A stretch of 64,000 nt of DNA, taken from positions 434,001 to 498,000 of the forward strand of contig ML978130.1 of NCBI GenBank assembly GCA_010015805.1, written 5' to 3'. This document shows, piece after piece, positions 11,863-23,424 of the stretch. Each line of letters begins with the position of its first letter. The first letter of the stretch is position 1. This DNA is from Rhizodiscina lignyota (taxonomy: Eukaryota). The notes below the pieces were generated by a model that was not told the origin of the DNA, searched no databases, and was given only the letters and a program-made list of their open reading frames with translations. The translations under genes and the position numbers were made by a program.

Positions 11863-12841
11863 ATGTCGTCTTCGAAGAAGTCTACCTGGGACAAAACCAA
11901 AACAACGAGCAAGTCGTGGTTCGAGAAGGTTGGCGTACCTATCAACAAGCTTTCGAATAAACTCGGAGCAGAGGCTTTTTGGCCTACTTCGCTCGACCAA
12001 GAGGCCGACAAGGCGGCGCGGATCCTCCGAAGCTTCTGTATTGATGGATTCATGAGCGAGCAAGGCGGTGGGAAGCACGGAAATGATAAAAAGCATAAAT
12101 CCCTTGACCACATTCCACCAGAGGTAAGTGCTCTTCCACTATTCACATGTGATGAAGCTCTAAATTAGTCACCAGGTAATTCGCAATGCGAGAGGCCTCG
12201 CCGTTTTCACGGTAATGCGTATGGGACTGCACTGGTCTGGCGCAGGCGGAAGTGGCATTATAGTTGCAAAGCTGCCCAACGGCCAATGGTCTCCGCCTTC
12301 CGGCATCCTGATACATACCATGGGCTGGGGCTTCATGGCTGGCGCAGACATCTATGACTGCGTTTGCGTCATCAATAACGACCACGGCATGGAAGGCTTC
12401 ACACGTGTACGGTGTACCCTCGGCGGTGAAGTGAGCGCAGCAGTCGGCCCCCTTGGAGGCGGAAGCATGGTGGACTCCGAGGTCTTCAAGCGGCAGACGC
12501 CGGTATGGACATATACGAAGAGCAAAGGGCTGTACCTTGGTGTGCAGGTGGATGGTACAATTATCGTGGAGCGTACAAGTGAGAATGAGCGCTTTTATGG
12601 CGTCGAGAAAGTCAGGAATAAGCAGATATTGGCAGGAGAAGTGCGGCCACCGCCTGGGACGCTGGTGCAGTTGTGGGAAACATTGCAGGCAGCCGAAGGC
12701 TACTCGCACAACCCGGATATGTTGCCACCGGCGTACGAGAAAAGCCCAGGGGATCATGAGGTCGAAAAACCAAGAGACGCGAGTAATAAAGAGTATGATG
12801 AATTTGCGGACCCAGGAGAGCGTATGGATGCCAAATCGTAG
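11863..12841 (+). CDS. SYLF/Ysc84 (DUF500) domain protein lacking SH3, 2 exons
   Basis: EADKAARILRSF, IPPE|VIRNARGLAVF, SGAGGSGIIVAKL...WSPPS, YTKSKGLYLGVQVDGTIIVERTSENERFYG. Confidence 0.88.
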
Positions 12842-12862
12842 AGAGAGAGAGTGTGTGTGTGT
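12840..12862. repeat. Compound (AG)n(GT)n microsatellite
   Basis: agagagagagagtgtgtgtgtgt directly at the stop codon of the SYLF gene. Confidence 0.8.
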
Positions 12863-13351
12863 ATTTGTACAACATATTGTATAAAGGGTAGGGAGTAGAG
12901 TACAGCACGTCCTTCCAATTTAGCTAACGATCTTGGTGGATTGAAGCTGCAGCATAAATCAAATTATAAGAGAGGTACTGTCGCTTACTGCAAACCTTCG
13001 ATGTAGAGCTTCGAGTGAACAGTGAACGCACCAGACTGCATTCCAGGCAGGAACGAGTGGTCGCTATTCCGAGATGACGAAATACAAAGGGACTAGTTCC
13101 TCGTGAGCGAATGAGACCTCGGGCTGCAACAGCATCTTTTGGCCCTCACAACAAGAAGCAAATCCTCTAAAGGCAGGCCTAGCAAGCTACTTCCTGACAA
13201 TCTCGAAGGTAAACTTATTAATATGTAGAAGCTTCTTAGAAGTGCTGAAGGTGAATGTAATAGAGCGGCTCTGTAGAGTGTTCGCTCATGGGAAACAAGC
13301 TCTTTCGTAGTTATTAACGCTCTTATCATTTTTCTTCGTATATACGGAGTT

Positions 13352-14890
13352 TTATTCGGTCTTCTCTACCTGATTCTTTTCCATCTTAACATGCTTACTT
13401 TTCTTCTGTTGCACCATCTTCTCCACCCTCTTCCTTGCTCTTTCTTCCTTTTCTTCGTCCCATTGCACTGGCAACACAGCGAAGACCAGATAACTCGTAT
13501 GACCCTTCAACTCCCCCTCTGTCCGAGACACCAACCTCCCCTCCTTCCAAGCTTTCCTCTTCTCCCTCTCCTCTTGCATCTCCGCCATCCTCCTTTCTTT
13601 TGCCGTCCTTACTCCCTCCTTTCCACCCCCTTTCTGGCCCCGCTGGATCATCCCACTCGCCTCAGCGTCCTTCAGCCTCGTCCTTGTCGCTGTCTCTGCA
13701 GCTTTCGTATTCCTCAGTCGTTCCACCGCCTCCTCAACGGTCGCTGCGGTCGGATTTGCATGCCGCTCGCCTTCTTCCGCATACCCAACGCGCTCGCGAC
13801 GCACATCGATACGTCGATGAGCGAGCTCGACCATGTCAATGTCCGTCCAGCCGAGGTCGCGGAGTGTGGAGACAGTGCGTTGGACTTGCTCGATACAAGG
13901 AGAGAAGGTGCAGATGTGGACGGAGTGGACGGGTGATAACGGGGAAACGAAGGGTTTGGACGATGCTTGGGGGTCGGGTTGGGAATCTGCTTGGACTTGG
14001 GGTGTCGAGTTTGAGGGGGTGGATGATGATGGAGGTGGAGTACGGGTGAGATGTCGAAGTGCGAGCCATGGTGCTGGCAAATCAAGAAAGATTGCTGTTG
14101 CTTCTGGACTCTTGATGCTCGTCTGTGCATCATCGTCGGCTGACGTGATGTTGAAACCGTTCTCGTAGACATCACGATGCGTGACCTGGACGATATTTTC
14201 AAGCCCATGAACTCCGAGCTCTTCCCGTAATTGATTCGCCCGCGGCTCATGGTATTCGAAGCTGTGAACTTTGCCGAGCTTTCTTCTCTCCTTGGTCGGC
14301 CCACTGCCGTTGGTCTCATCACCATTGGCCCCTGGGTATCCATTGAACACAGCCCTGCACGCAGCATGTGTAAAACTGCCACTACCAGCCCCGGCCTCGA
14401 TAACAACACTGCCAGGTCGCGCTCTCAACCGCTGAAGTATGTAGCTGTAATCGGGCGTATAAACTACCTGTGTCCGATGCGGCAGCGACTGCGTCCACAG
14501 TTCTGGTGTCGGAGGGAGTATATGCGTGAAGCCAGACGCTGCCGCACCTAAAATGACAAGGCCATCATCGTCTTCTTCATCCTGTCCCTGTGTATCCCTG
14601 CCATTATCTTGATCTCCGTCCTCCGCATCATCGCGCTTGCGCTTCTTCGATTTCTTGTTCTTCTGTCGTTGCCTGTCCTGTAGCAGTTTCGACGCTAGCA
14701 CTTGCGATCCCCAGGGTAAGCCAAGGAGGGTAGAGTGAGGGTAGTTGCCGAAGCGGGTATTGCAGATGGCATCTTTGTCAGAGGAGAGTATGGTGGGGGT
14801 GATGAGGTCGCGCCGTAGATGGAGAAGAGCGAGGGAGCCGGAGGTCGTCAGGGTTGGCGGATGAAGAAACGGCGACTGTGGTATATCCAT
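13352..14890 (-). CDS. TRM61: tRNA (adenine-58-N1)-methyltransferase catalytic subunit
   Basis: PTPELWTQSLPHRTQVVYTPD, VIEAGAGSGSFTH, FLDLPAPW, ICTFSPCIEQVQRT, GHTSYLVFA. Confidence 0.95.
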   Translation of the reverse strand: MDIPQSPFLHPPTLTTSGSLALLHLRRDLITPTILSSDKDAICNTRFGNYPHSTLLGLPWGSQVLASKLLQDRQRQKNKKSKKRKRDDAEDGDQDNGRDTQGQDEEDDDGLVILGAAASGFTHILPPTPELWTQSLPHRTQVVYTPDYSYILQRLRARPGSVVIEAGAGSGSFTHAACRAVFNGYPGANGDETNGSGPTKERRKLGKVHSFEYHEPRANQLREELGVHGLENIVQVTHRDVYENGFNITSADDDAQTSIKSPEATAIFLDLPAPWLALRHLTRTPPPSSSTPSNSTPQVQADSQPDPQASSKPFVSPLSPVHSVHICTFSPCIEQVQRTVSTLRDLGWTDIDMVELAHRRIDVRRERVGYAEEGERHANPTAATVEEAVERLRNTKAAETATRTRLKDAEASGMIQRGQKGGGKEGVRTAKERRMAEMQEEREKRKAWKEGRLVSRTEGELKGHTSYLVFAVLPVQWDEEKEERARKRVEKMVQQKKSKHVKMEKNQVEKTE

Positions 14891-15823
14891 TTAGATGAGT
14901 AGTTTCAGAATGGTCCAACAGAGGATTGTATAGCTGCAGTCGCGGGAAGTGAGAGCTCGGTGTCATGAGTCTCATGCAAAAAAGTGATTCGCATGAGCCA
15001 GGCGGCGACTGTAGAGCTTCAATTTGAAGTAATAGCATATGTGTTATAGTATTTTTTACCTCAACAGATCACCATGTGTTGATTGAGGTAAGATAGAAAA
15101 CTGCTGTGAAGCTGCAGGTAGCTCCGAAAATTGAAGAGGACCCCCACAAAAGATTTAAGGTCTACGCTAAAAGCGCCACAACCGAGATCCACCAGACGGG
15201 ATCTCTGAAGTGTGCTCGATTCCACAAAATGACGTATTTTATAATTTTTATTTGGCAGATTTTTGAGTACCTCTTCCAAATACTCCTTAATATAAGGAAG
15301 TTTGTCTTCGATCATAGTGGGTTCCTTTAGTTGATTGTCAAATGGCGTACAGCGATATTACCGAGCTTTAACGCATTCTGCTTACGAAGTCGAGTTTCCT
15401 GACCGCGTACGTCCAGACTCGTTTGATAGATGCATGGAAAGTTACATTTCCACTTCTATTATCAAGTTACTATATTAATAGAACAGACAATCAGGTTCGT
15501 TGGCGGGACCTCGAATGCGGGGCATTAGCGCAGGATCAACGCATGGGTCCTTTCAGCCGCAATGCCAAGAGAACAACACCACGTTTTCGAAGACTCATGC
15601 GAGCTCACAGTCAACGGCCGCCTCCATGCGCACCCCCCTCCGTCACATCACCAGCTTTTGCCAGCCAATCACCGAGGTTTGACTCATCTCTTCTGCATTG
15701 TAGAGCACTATTTAACAACGTCAGGTTCCTGCATTGCTCTTCTCAAAGCATCAACCTCAAGCTCGCCCAAGATTGGCCCCAGCCTACCCAGCTCGTTTTC
15801 GCGCGTCGATACATGCGCGCAGA

Positions 15824-18358
15824 ATGGCTTCCCAGCGCCGCCAGCAGCCTCCTTGGGACCCGCCCACGAGCACATCCTCTGCCAATAATTCGTCTCCGCC
15901 GCTGCGCATCTACAATTCCTTGACGAGAGAGAAGAACGATTTCACACCCATTTACAACAATCATGTAACATGGTACGCTTGCGGTCCCACCGTCTACGAT
16001 GATTCACATCTCGGACATGCTCGCAATTATGTCACCACCGATATCATACGCCGAATGCTCCAAGATTATTTCAAATACGATGTGCGGTTCGTCATGAATA
16101 TCACGGATGTAGACGACAAGATCATTGTGCGGGCACGGCAAAATCATTTCCTGCGGCAGTTTAAGTCTGCGCATCCCAGCATAGATGAGAGCGTCGTACA
16201 GGAGACAAGAAAAGCTGTAGAGGAGTACATCTCGCAAAATCTGAAGAAGATTTCGCCTACGTCCAATAATATTCGGGGAGATATACAGAAAGTGTACGAA
16301 GTGAAGGTATCCGAACCGGCACAAAGGACCAAGAATACCAATAAGGCGTCCTCCACGTCAGAGCAACAAGAGTTGCCAATTCGTGGAGGCCCTAAAGACA
16401 ACGTGGAGCAAGAACTCGACGAACAGGTCAGGGAGGCTGCAGACGCCTCAAACCCGGTTCAGCCTCGTGCAGGTGTATCTCTGGAGGATCACGCGAAGCT
16501 TCTAATGCGAGTCAAGACGGTTGTGTCGGCTGCAGATGCTTTGGATTATGCTACCTCAGCGGAGCCCCTGACTCCAGACGAATTCTATGCCATGACAGAC
16601 GACGTTCTCTCTCCCTACCTCGCAGCGCACGGCGACACCTCTACCTTCGCACATGATCACAGCCCATTCAAAACGCTCACAACCCATTTTGAAGATCGCT
16701 TTTTCAGAGACCTTGATGACCTCAATGTTCGTAGACCCGATGTGATCACGCGCGTCACGGAGTATGTTCCTCAGATTGTCGACTTTGTAGAGAAGATTGA
16801 AGACAAAACGTACGCATATGCTACAAAACCTGACAAGGAAGGATCGAGGTCTGTCTACTTCGATATCTCTACGTTCGAAAAAGGTGGAAATGCGTATGCG
16901 CGACTCGAGCCTTGGAATCGCAACGACCAGGCTCTCGTAGCGGATGGAGAAGGATCTCTTAGCAAAAATACTGGAGAGAAGCGGAGCGACGCAGACTTTG
17001 CGCTTTGGAAATCTTCCAAGGAGGGAGAGCCGAAATGGCACAGCGACAGATGGGGCCCTGGCAGACCAGGTTGGCACATTGAGTGCTCAGTCATGGCGTC
17101 GGATGTTCTAGGCCCGAAGATTGATATCCATTCTGGTGGTATTGACCTTGCGTTTCCTCATCATGACAACGAAATTGCGCAAAGCGAAGCATACTTTCAT
17201 GATAAAGCAACCGGACATCAGCATCAATGGGTTAACTACTTCCTCCACATGGGACATCTTTCCATCCAAGGCGCAAAGATGAGCAAATCTCTCAAAAATT
17301 TTACAACGATCCGCACGTCGCTTGAACGAGGAGACTGGACACCACGTAGCTTGCGCACTGTCTTCCTTCTCGGCCCATGGCGGGACGGTATCGAAATTAC
17401 GGACGACCTCGTCAAGGAAGGCCAAGCATGGGAATCCAAAGTCACAAACTTCTTCATCAAAGCTGTCGATCGCGTCCGAAACCCATCAGGCACAAGCTCG
17501 CCACCTGACACATCCGCTCTCGACAAAGCAAAAAGTGATTTTGACGACGCTCTGCGGGACTCCTTTGACACGCCAAAGGCAATGCAAGTCATATCCAACC
17601 ACATCACTGATCTCAACTCACAAATGAAATCGCTCTCTGACTCGACGCTCATCGAATCCGCCAAATGGATCACCGAAATGGTGCAAATGTTTGGTCTGAC
17701 AAGCGGGACGGATTCTATCGGTTGGGAGGGCATGGACATTCCTGAGTTCTCCAAGCCGTGGGTATACGCGCTCTCCAGCATGCGCGATACAATCCGCAGA
17801 GAAGCACGAGCCAAGCCTTTCAACCCTACCAGCATTAGCGGGCAGCTAGAAGCCGCGCCGGACGCCGCACCAACTAAAGGTGCTGAGCCCTTCAAGAAAG
17901 CACTAGAAGACGCTCGCAGTGATGTAGAGCTCCTTATCAAAGACAGCAAACCCGCAAAGGACTTCCTCGATCTCGCAGACCGCATTCGCGACAAGGATCT
18001 TTGGGATCTGGACGTCTACCTCGAAGATCCTGACGACCCGTCCCGACCTGCTGTCGCACGGCCGCTCACAGCTGAGCTGCGTACACAGCGGGAGGAGAAG
18101 GAAGCACGTGCCGCAGCGAAGGCAGCAGAGAAGGAGAAGAAGGAGAAGCTGGCGAGAGAAAAGGAGGCGGCAGAGCGGGAAAAGGCCAAGGTTAAGCCGG
18201 AGGAGATGTATCGCACAAAAGAGTGGAGCGAATGGGATGCGGATGGCGTTCCGACAAAGGATAAGGAGGGGAATGAGGTTAGTAAGAGCAAGATCAAGAC
18301 GTTGAAGAAAGGATGGGAGGTGCAGAAGAAGCTGAGGGAGAGGTTGGGGGTTAACTAG
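15824..18358 (+). CDS. CRS1: Cysteinyl-tRNA synthetase (class I); possible longer isoform from 15626
   Basis: WYACGPTVYDDSHLGHAR (HIGH motif), DFALWK, GRPGWHIECS, DIHSGGIDLAFPHHDNE, KMSKS. Confidence 0.97.
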   Translation: MASQRRQQPPWDPPTSTSSANNSSPPLRIYNSLTREKNDFTPIYNNHVTWYACGPTVYDDSHLGHARNYVTTDIIRRMLQDYFKYDVRFVMNITDVDDKIIVRARQNHFLRQFKSAHPSIDESVVQETRKAVEEYISQNLKKISPTSNNIRGDIQKVYEVKVSEPAQRTKNTNKASSTSEQQELPIRGGPKDNVEQELDEQVREAADASNPVQPRAGVSLEDHAKLLMRVKTVVSAADALDYATSAEPLTPDEFYAMTDDVLSPYLAAHGDTSTFAHDHSPFKTLTTHFEDRFFRDLDDLNVRRPDVITRVTEYVPQIVDFVEKIEDKTYAYATKPDKEGSRSVYFDISTFEKGGNAYARLEPWNRNDQALVADGEGSLSKNTGEKRSDADFALWKSSKEGEPKWHSDRWGPGRPGWHIECSVMASDVLGPKIDIHSGGIDLAFPHHDNEIAQSEAYFHDKATGHQHQWVNYFLHMGHLSIQGAKMSKSLKNFTTIRTSLERGDWTPRSLRTVFLLGPWRDGIEITDDLVKEGQAWESKVTNFFIKAVDRVRNPSGTSSPPDTSALDKAKSDFDDALRDSFDTPKAMQVISNHITDLNSQMKSLSDSTLIESAKWITEMVQMFGLTSGTDSIGWEGMDIPEFSKPWVYALSSMRDTIRREARAKPFNPTSISGQLEAAPDAAPTKGAEPFKKALEDARSDVELLIKDSKPAKDFLDLADRIRDKDLWDLDVYLEDPDDPSRPAVARPLTAELRTQREEKEARAAAKAAEKEKKEKLAREKEAAEREKAKVKPEEMYRTKEWSEWDADGVPTKDKEGNEVSKSKIKTLKKGWEVQKKLRERLGVN

Positions 18359-18751
18359 ATGGATTTTCTGGTCGCGGGGTCCAAGATGCGCCAGGTCTTG
18401 GTGCGCGAATTTGCGAACCGCATGCACTGCATTTTTAGCCTTTACGGATCAGATGTGTACGTCTACAGGGCTGTGATTATGTATACATGAGTTCACTGGA
18501 CTATCCTCGTGGGGCTAAAAATGCAGTGCAGTTCGCTAATGCACCTGCCCAATCGCACGTGAGTTTAGAGCAAGCCCGAATCATCCATTATCACATTGTG
18601 GCTCTGTCGAGAACTCTCCAGTCACAAGCGACTCCTCTCTCTCAAGCATAGGCCAACAACATGAGGGCTACACAATGACTTGAGACTTGGGTATGCTCGT
18701 TCCATTCTGCCCTTGACTAGCTATAAACTCATTTCTTCTTGTATTCTACAT

Positions 18752-19464
18752 TTACATCAGCGCCAATGCAATCGCAGTGACAGCGCTCAGCCCCACAACC
18801 GTCCATCCCGTCTGCGCAACCGTCTTATTCTTGAATCCCAGCGCAAAGTCCCACATAAGATGCCTCACGCCATTCAAGCTGTGGAACGTAAATGGCCACG
18901 CAATCAGCCCCTTGACTCCAACCTTCGCGATCACCGGCAGCGCTCCAAATGCTGCTGCAATGCTTTGAGACTCGAGGTGCCAGCCCATGAGAGGCGCGAC
19001 GAGGTATGCCATCGAGAAGAGGTAGAGCGGACCGGAGAGCATGAGACCCGTGATGCGGTTGAACATGGACGGGATCCATGTTATTTGCGGTCTGTAAATG
19101 CCGAGATGGGGGGCGACGGGACGGTGGAGGCGCTGCTTTGCGAGGATATCGGTGTCCTGGGAGACGTTTTGGGTTGTTACTTGTCTGTGGTGGGGGAGAT
19201 GTTAGCGAGCTGTAATGAAGGAATGCAATGACGACAGCCGCCCCAGATGATACAAAGGGGTGATAGACGTGGATTGAGCGTACCTCCACTGCGGCATAGC
19301 ATGTCCTGTAGCAATTGCAGCTGGCGCTGCGAAGCGCGTGATTCCTATCCTGCCCGGCTGCTGGGCGGCCACTTGGATTCTTGTCAGCTTCTTGACTGTC
19401 ACGAGAAGCTGGGGATACACGTACACCGCCGCACCGACTGCTGCAAGGATCTCTGAGCCAACAT
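18752..19464 (-). CDS. SDH3: Succinate dehydrogenase cytochrome b560 subunit, 3 exons
   Basis: Presequence MLAQRSLQQSVRR; QRLHRPVAPHLGIYRPQITW...NRITG; FHSLNGVRHLMWD. Confidence 0.95.
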
Positions 19465-20303
19465 TGTGAGCAATTGAGTGGAGAGCGTAACGTTGTTGGT
19501 GTCTCTGCTGGCGTGATGTCGTTCGCACGATATCGACTCGCGCCCGCCGCAAGCCTCGGACAGATTCGGCCAATCAGCGAGAGGCCAATCAGCAGCAGCT
19601 TATGTAATCCTTCAATATCTTCACCTTGAAAATTTGAGAGAGGTTCGATTTCATGAATTTCTACAGGGACTGAAAGAACACATCTTTACCGCATCGGAAT
19701 GACAGATCTGTGCAAGTCTAGCTGGCATTTTGTCGGCTTCCAGTCTCGAGAGTGACAAACCCGTCGTTAATCGCGCATTGCAGTCGGTATCCGTGGCTGA
19801 GTGCGTTTCATATCAGGGTGACAGATGTAGCTTCGATATGTAGCATTATGTGTCGCCAATGAGGCCATCAGGAGCAATGGATATTCTCTTAGTGAAATAG
19901 GGTCTATTGTACTGATATAAAACTCGAAAGAAGCCTGCCATATCGAAGCTTCCAAGACTGTAGACCCGCTGTTGCAAATTCTGATGCTGAACTTCGACCT
20001 CATGTGTACCATGATATTTTCATCAGCCATACCTTGACTTCAATCGCCTTTGTACCACGCTCCCCAGAAATATCCTAACTTTGAACGCCGTCTGCAGTAG
20101 AACCCGCCACTGTGTGGAAGTATCCCTTCATTGACGAATCGCTGGTATCCTAAACGCGCCCTCAACGGTGGGCGGCAGTCTCAAAATCCGACGGACACAA
20201 CGGCCTCACACTTTCGAGCCCAAAATTGAGCTAATTGCGACCTTCTCGATCTCTTTTTTTCACTCTACAATGAATGCAACTATTTCATAATATTCATATT
20301 GCG

Positions 20304-21632
20304 ATGAGACATTTAAAGCTCAGCGCATCCTCTTCGCTCTCCCTCCCTCCAGACTCTTACATCTACAACATCCTCCCTCTTTCCGCACGAACATCACCAA
20401 TCGCGTATGCTCCGCCTACCCGTCTTGCAGCACTCTGTTCCGATGATTCCGTTCGAATTCTCGATGCCAAATCGCTCGAAGCCAATGGTGTGCTGAAGGA
20501 TGTGAACGAGAGTGTCACGTGCTTGGAGAGATTCGCAAGAGATGGAGAGGAGTGCAATGTATTAGCTACCACAGGCAGAGACGGGAGAGTGAGGTTTTGG
20601 GATGTACGGACGGGCAAAGGGGTGATGGAAGGCATTGCTAATGTAATATATCTATTAAGCGTGCTTCACAAGTTATGACTGACACCTTGTAGACCGAGCG
20701 GCAGCCAAAGATATCGCTATCAGCTCTCGAATGCAGCGCCGAGCGAAACTGCGTAGTAGCAGGCGCAGAACTGGAGGGCCAGGACGGTCCTGGCGATGCG
20801 CCAATTTTCGTATGGGATACAAGAAATCTCGCGAAACCACAACATGTATATACCGAAAGCCACACAGACACTGTCACGGAGCTTCTCTTCCACCCCAGCG
20901 TACCCTCACTTCTTCTCACAGCGAGTACTGACTCTCTCATCAACCTCATTGACGTTACCAATCCTGATGAAGACGAAGCCGTACATCAGGTCATTAATCA
21001 CAAGTCGGCACTGCATCATGCCGGCTTCCTCAATGACACGACAGTGTATGGGCTAGGCACAGACGAGACGCTAAGTTTCTATCGACTGCAGCAAGGGCCG
21101 GAAATCGAAGGAGATGACTCAGTGGATGATGCGGAGGAATGCGGAGATGTTCGGGAAGCTCTGGATGTTGAGTATATCGTGAAGATAGAATGGGTGAGTG
21201 TCTATTTCCATAATGACATTTACATCATCAAATCCGCTATTACTGGTCTCTTGCTGCCGCTATTTTCTCCATATCTGACTTTAGACAATCTAGGCTGGAA
21301 CGACGCCGTACATTGTCGGCGGTAAACACAGCGCCCAAACTCTCGACATCATTCCCCTGGGCCAACCAACTTCTCCCATGAGCATTCAGTGGAAGCCTCA
21401 AGTGGATGATGCCTTAAAGCTACGTTTGGATGGCGCGCATGGCGAGGAGATAGTAAGGGATGTGTATGTTCAAGGCGGCGATGCGGTCTACACGTGCGGA
21501 GAGGATGGCACAGTGAAGGTCTGGAGCTCACAGGAAGAAGAAGCCATGATGATGGATGAGGCAGAGGGAAAGAGGAAGAAAGACAAGGGAAAGGGGGGGA
21601 GAGGAAAAGAAGGCCGATACAAACCTTACTGA
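20304..21632 (+). CDS. WD40-repeat protein (WDR89-like), 3 exons
   Basis: LATTGRDGRVRFWD, ESHTDTVTELLFHP...LLTASTD, GAHGEEIVRD...YTCGEDGTVKVW. Confidence 0.8.
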
Positions 21633-21918
21633 GAGTTTGGGCCGATGGAAGCTAATCGAGCAGAGAACACGCAATTTGCCTGTGGCTTGGAGAGAGACAA
21701 ATACACTGTAACCTACTGCATGATCGTACCGAAAGTGCCCTCAATGCACGTAGGGGGTCGAGATTCTCCATTCTAAGTCAACCAGGTATTGAAAGCACCT
21801 ACAACGATGCGCTCATAATATATGGAAGAATTTTTATAAATCTTTTGACATAAATTTCATCGCTCATAAATGGGTATCACAATATATATACACAAACGCA
21901 CAAGCAAAACGCCTCGTA

Positions 21919-23424
21919 TTACGCCCAGAACTTGACCTTCCGCACCAGCGGCGTCCGTTCTCGATCATTCTCTTTGACCTCCTCCATCGGCTCGAAGCCC
22001 ACGGTCTGTAGCGTCTTTAGTCGCCTCGCCAGAATCCTCTCCTCCTTTTCTTTCCTGTTGATATGCCGCTGCTGCCGACAAAGCATGATGATGAACACGC
22101 TGAGCGTTGTGAGTGCGATACCAGCAATAGTACCGCCAATCAGTGCGCCGATAAGACCATTCTTCTTGAAATCCGATTTACTGGGCACTTTGTACATCTT
22201 CGGGGTGCTGTGCGGGCAGAACGTAGTCGGCATGACATATTTGTTGTAATCGATGTTGTTATCTTGAACGGCGGTGGCGAGATGGAAGACGGAGGCTTCG
22301 TAGTCCATCATGAGGTAGACTTGCGCGAGGAATGGGAGGGTGAGGTAGAATGGCGAGTTGTCGTCTTGTTTGCGGTCAGCGACGGGAGAGATGCCAGATA
22401 CGTTGTAGAGGACATCGTGCGGGAGGGTGACTTGAAATCCGTCGGAGAGAGTGAAGGTCATGCTGCCGTTGAAAGGTTTGCTGATCCGAAGCGAGCCATC
22501 GGTGTAGTCGGACGGCACAGCGGAGAGAGTCTTGATGAAATTTTGAGTTATCTGGTAGGGAAGAGAGAGCGGGAATTGATCAGTGGAAAGTCGTCCAGTG
22601 AAGCTGTGGTTTCCTTTCCCAAGGTTTGGGAATTTTGCAGAGTCGAGGAGTGAGACGTTTGTGGCACCGTCTGAGCTCGCGATGCGGATATCCGTGACAG
22701 TCAGGGGAAGGAAATCTGCATTTGAGAGATCCATGTTGTATTGGTGCGTCGGTTCGACAAAGCGCCCAGCATCATATCCGCCCCATGATATACTGCCATT
22801 TATGCTTCCACCCGCTCGCGGTGTGTTCGAGCCGCCGTAGTAGCTGAGTGTGCGACCTGCAATGATTTTCGAATCCGCGAGGCTCTGGAGAAGGGTAGAA
22901 TTTTGGCCCAAGCCAACGATGCCTGGATTATTGTTGCCAGAATCTGCAACTTCGAGAGTCGAATTCACATTCGTCTCCCATGCGGGATTTGATTCGAAAT
23001 AATGCGTGTAGAGGTGAAATACTTCGGTGCCAAATGTGCTGTTGCCTATCGGAGTCGTCTTGTCCAAGCTCTTGTAATTCTCTTCCTGCGACCAGGATGA
23101 TGATGCGCTCTCATCGAAGTTGCCATGGGTGCTAATGCTACAATTTGCAAGCTTGCTGTTCTTGCAGAAGTCTATTGACGCAACCGACGTCTGGTTCTGC
23201 CGCAGCGAAGGCGACAAGCTCTGATTTTGTGCTGGACTTCCTACGCCAATAAAGGCACCGATTTGGAACACTTCCGTACCATGGACCTCTCGCGCATGGA
23301 TGTCTATATATACTGGTTGTATTGAGCAGTCGAATGCGGATGCCGTTTGTATTGCGCTAAACGCAAGTATCGCGGTGCAGAGCTTCAACGAGGGCCGTAA
23401 TCGAGGGGTATTGGAGATTGACAT
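21919..23424 (-). CDS. Membrane-anchored aspartic-peptidase (A1)-fold protein, apparently non-catalytic
   Basis: Signal peptide; IGVGSPAQ, FDESASSSW, GLG...LL..L, GSISWGGYD, FLAQVYLMMDYE; C-terminal TM helix with a basic tail. No DTG/DSG motif. Confidence 0.75.
   Translation of the reverse strand: MSISNTPRLRPSLKLCTAILAFSAIQTASAFDCSIQPVYIDIHAREVHGTEVFQIGAFIGVGSPAQNQSLSPSLRQNQTSVASIDFCKNSKLANCSISTHGNFDESASSSWSQEENYKSLDKTTPIGNSTFGTEVFHLYTHYFESNPAWETNVNSTLEVADSGNNNPGIVGLGQNSTLLQSLADSKIIAGRTLSYYGGSNTPRAGGSINGSISWGGYDAGRFVEPTHQYNMDLSNADFLPLTVTDIRIASSDGATNVSLLDSAKFPNLGKGNHSFTGRLSTDQFPLSLPYQITQNFIKTLSAVPSDYTDGSLRISKPFNGSMTFTLSDGFQVTLPHDVLYNVSGISPVADRKQDDNSPFYLTLPFLAQVYLMMDYEASVFHLATAVQDNNIDYNKYVMPTTFCPHSTPKMYKVPSKSDFKKNGLIGALIGGTIAGIALTTLSVFIIMLCRQQRHINRKEKEERILARRLKTLQTVGFEPMEEVKENDRERTPLVRKVKFWA

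Noticed and set aside
13391..14551. Long antisense and alternate-frame ORFs over TRM61 (similar ones overlap GH71, CysRS and CAF-1)
   Set aside because: Shadow ORFs caused by codon bias of the real genes.
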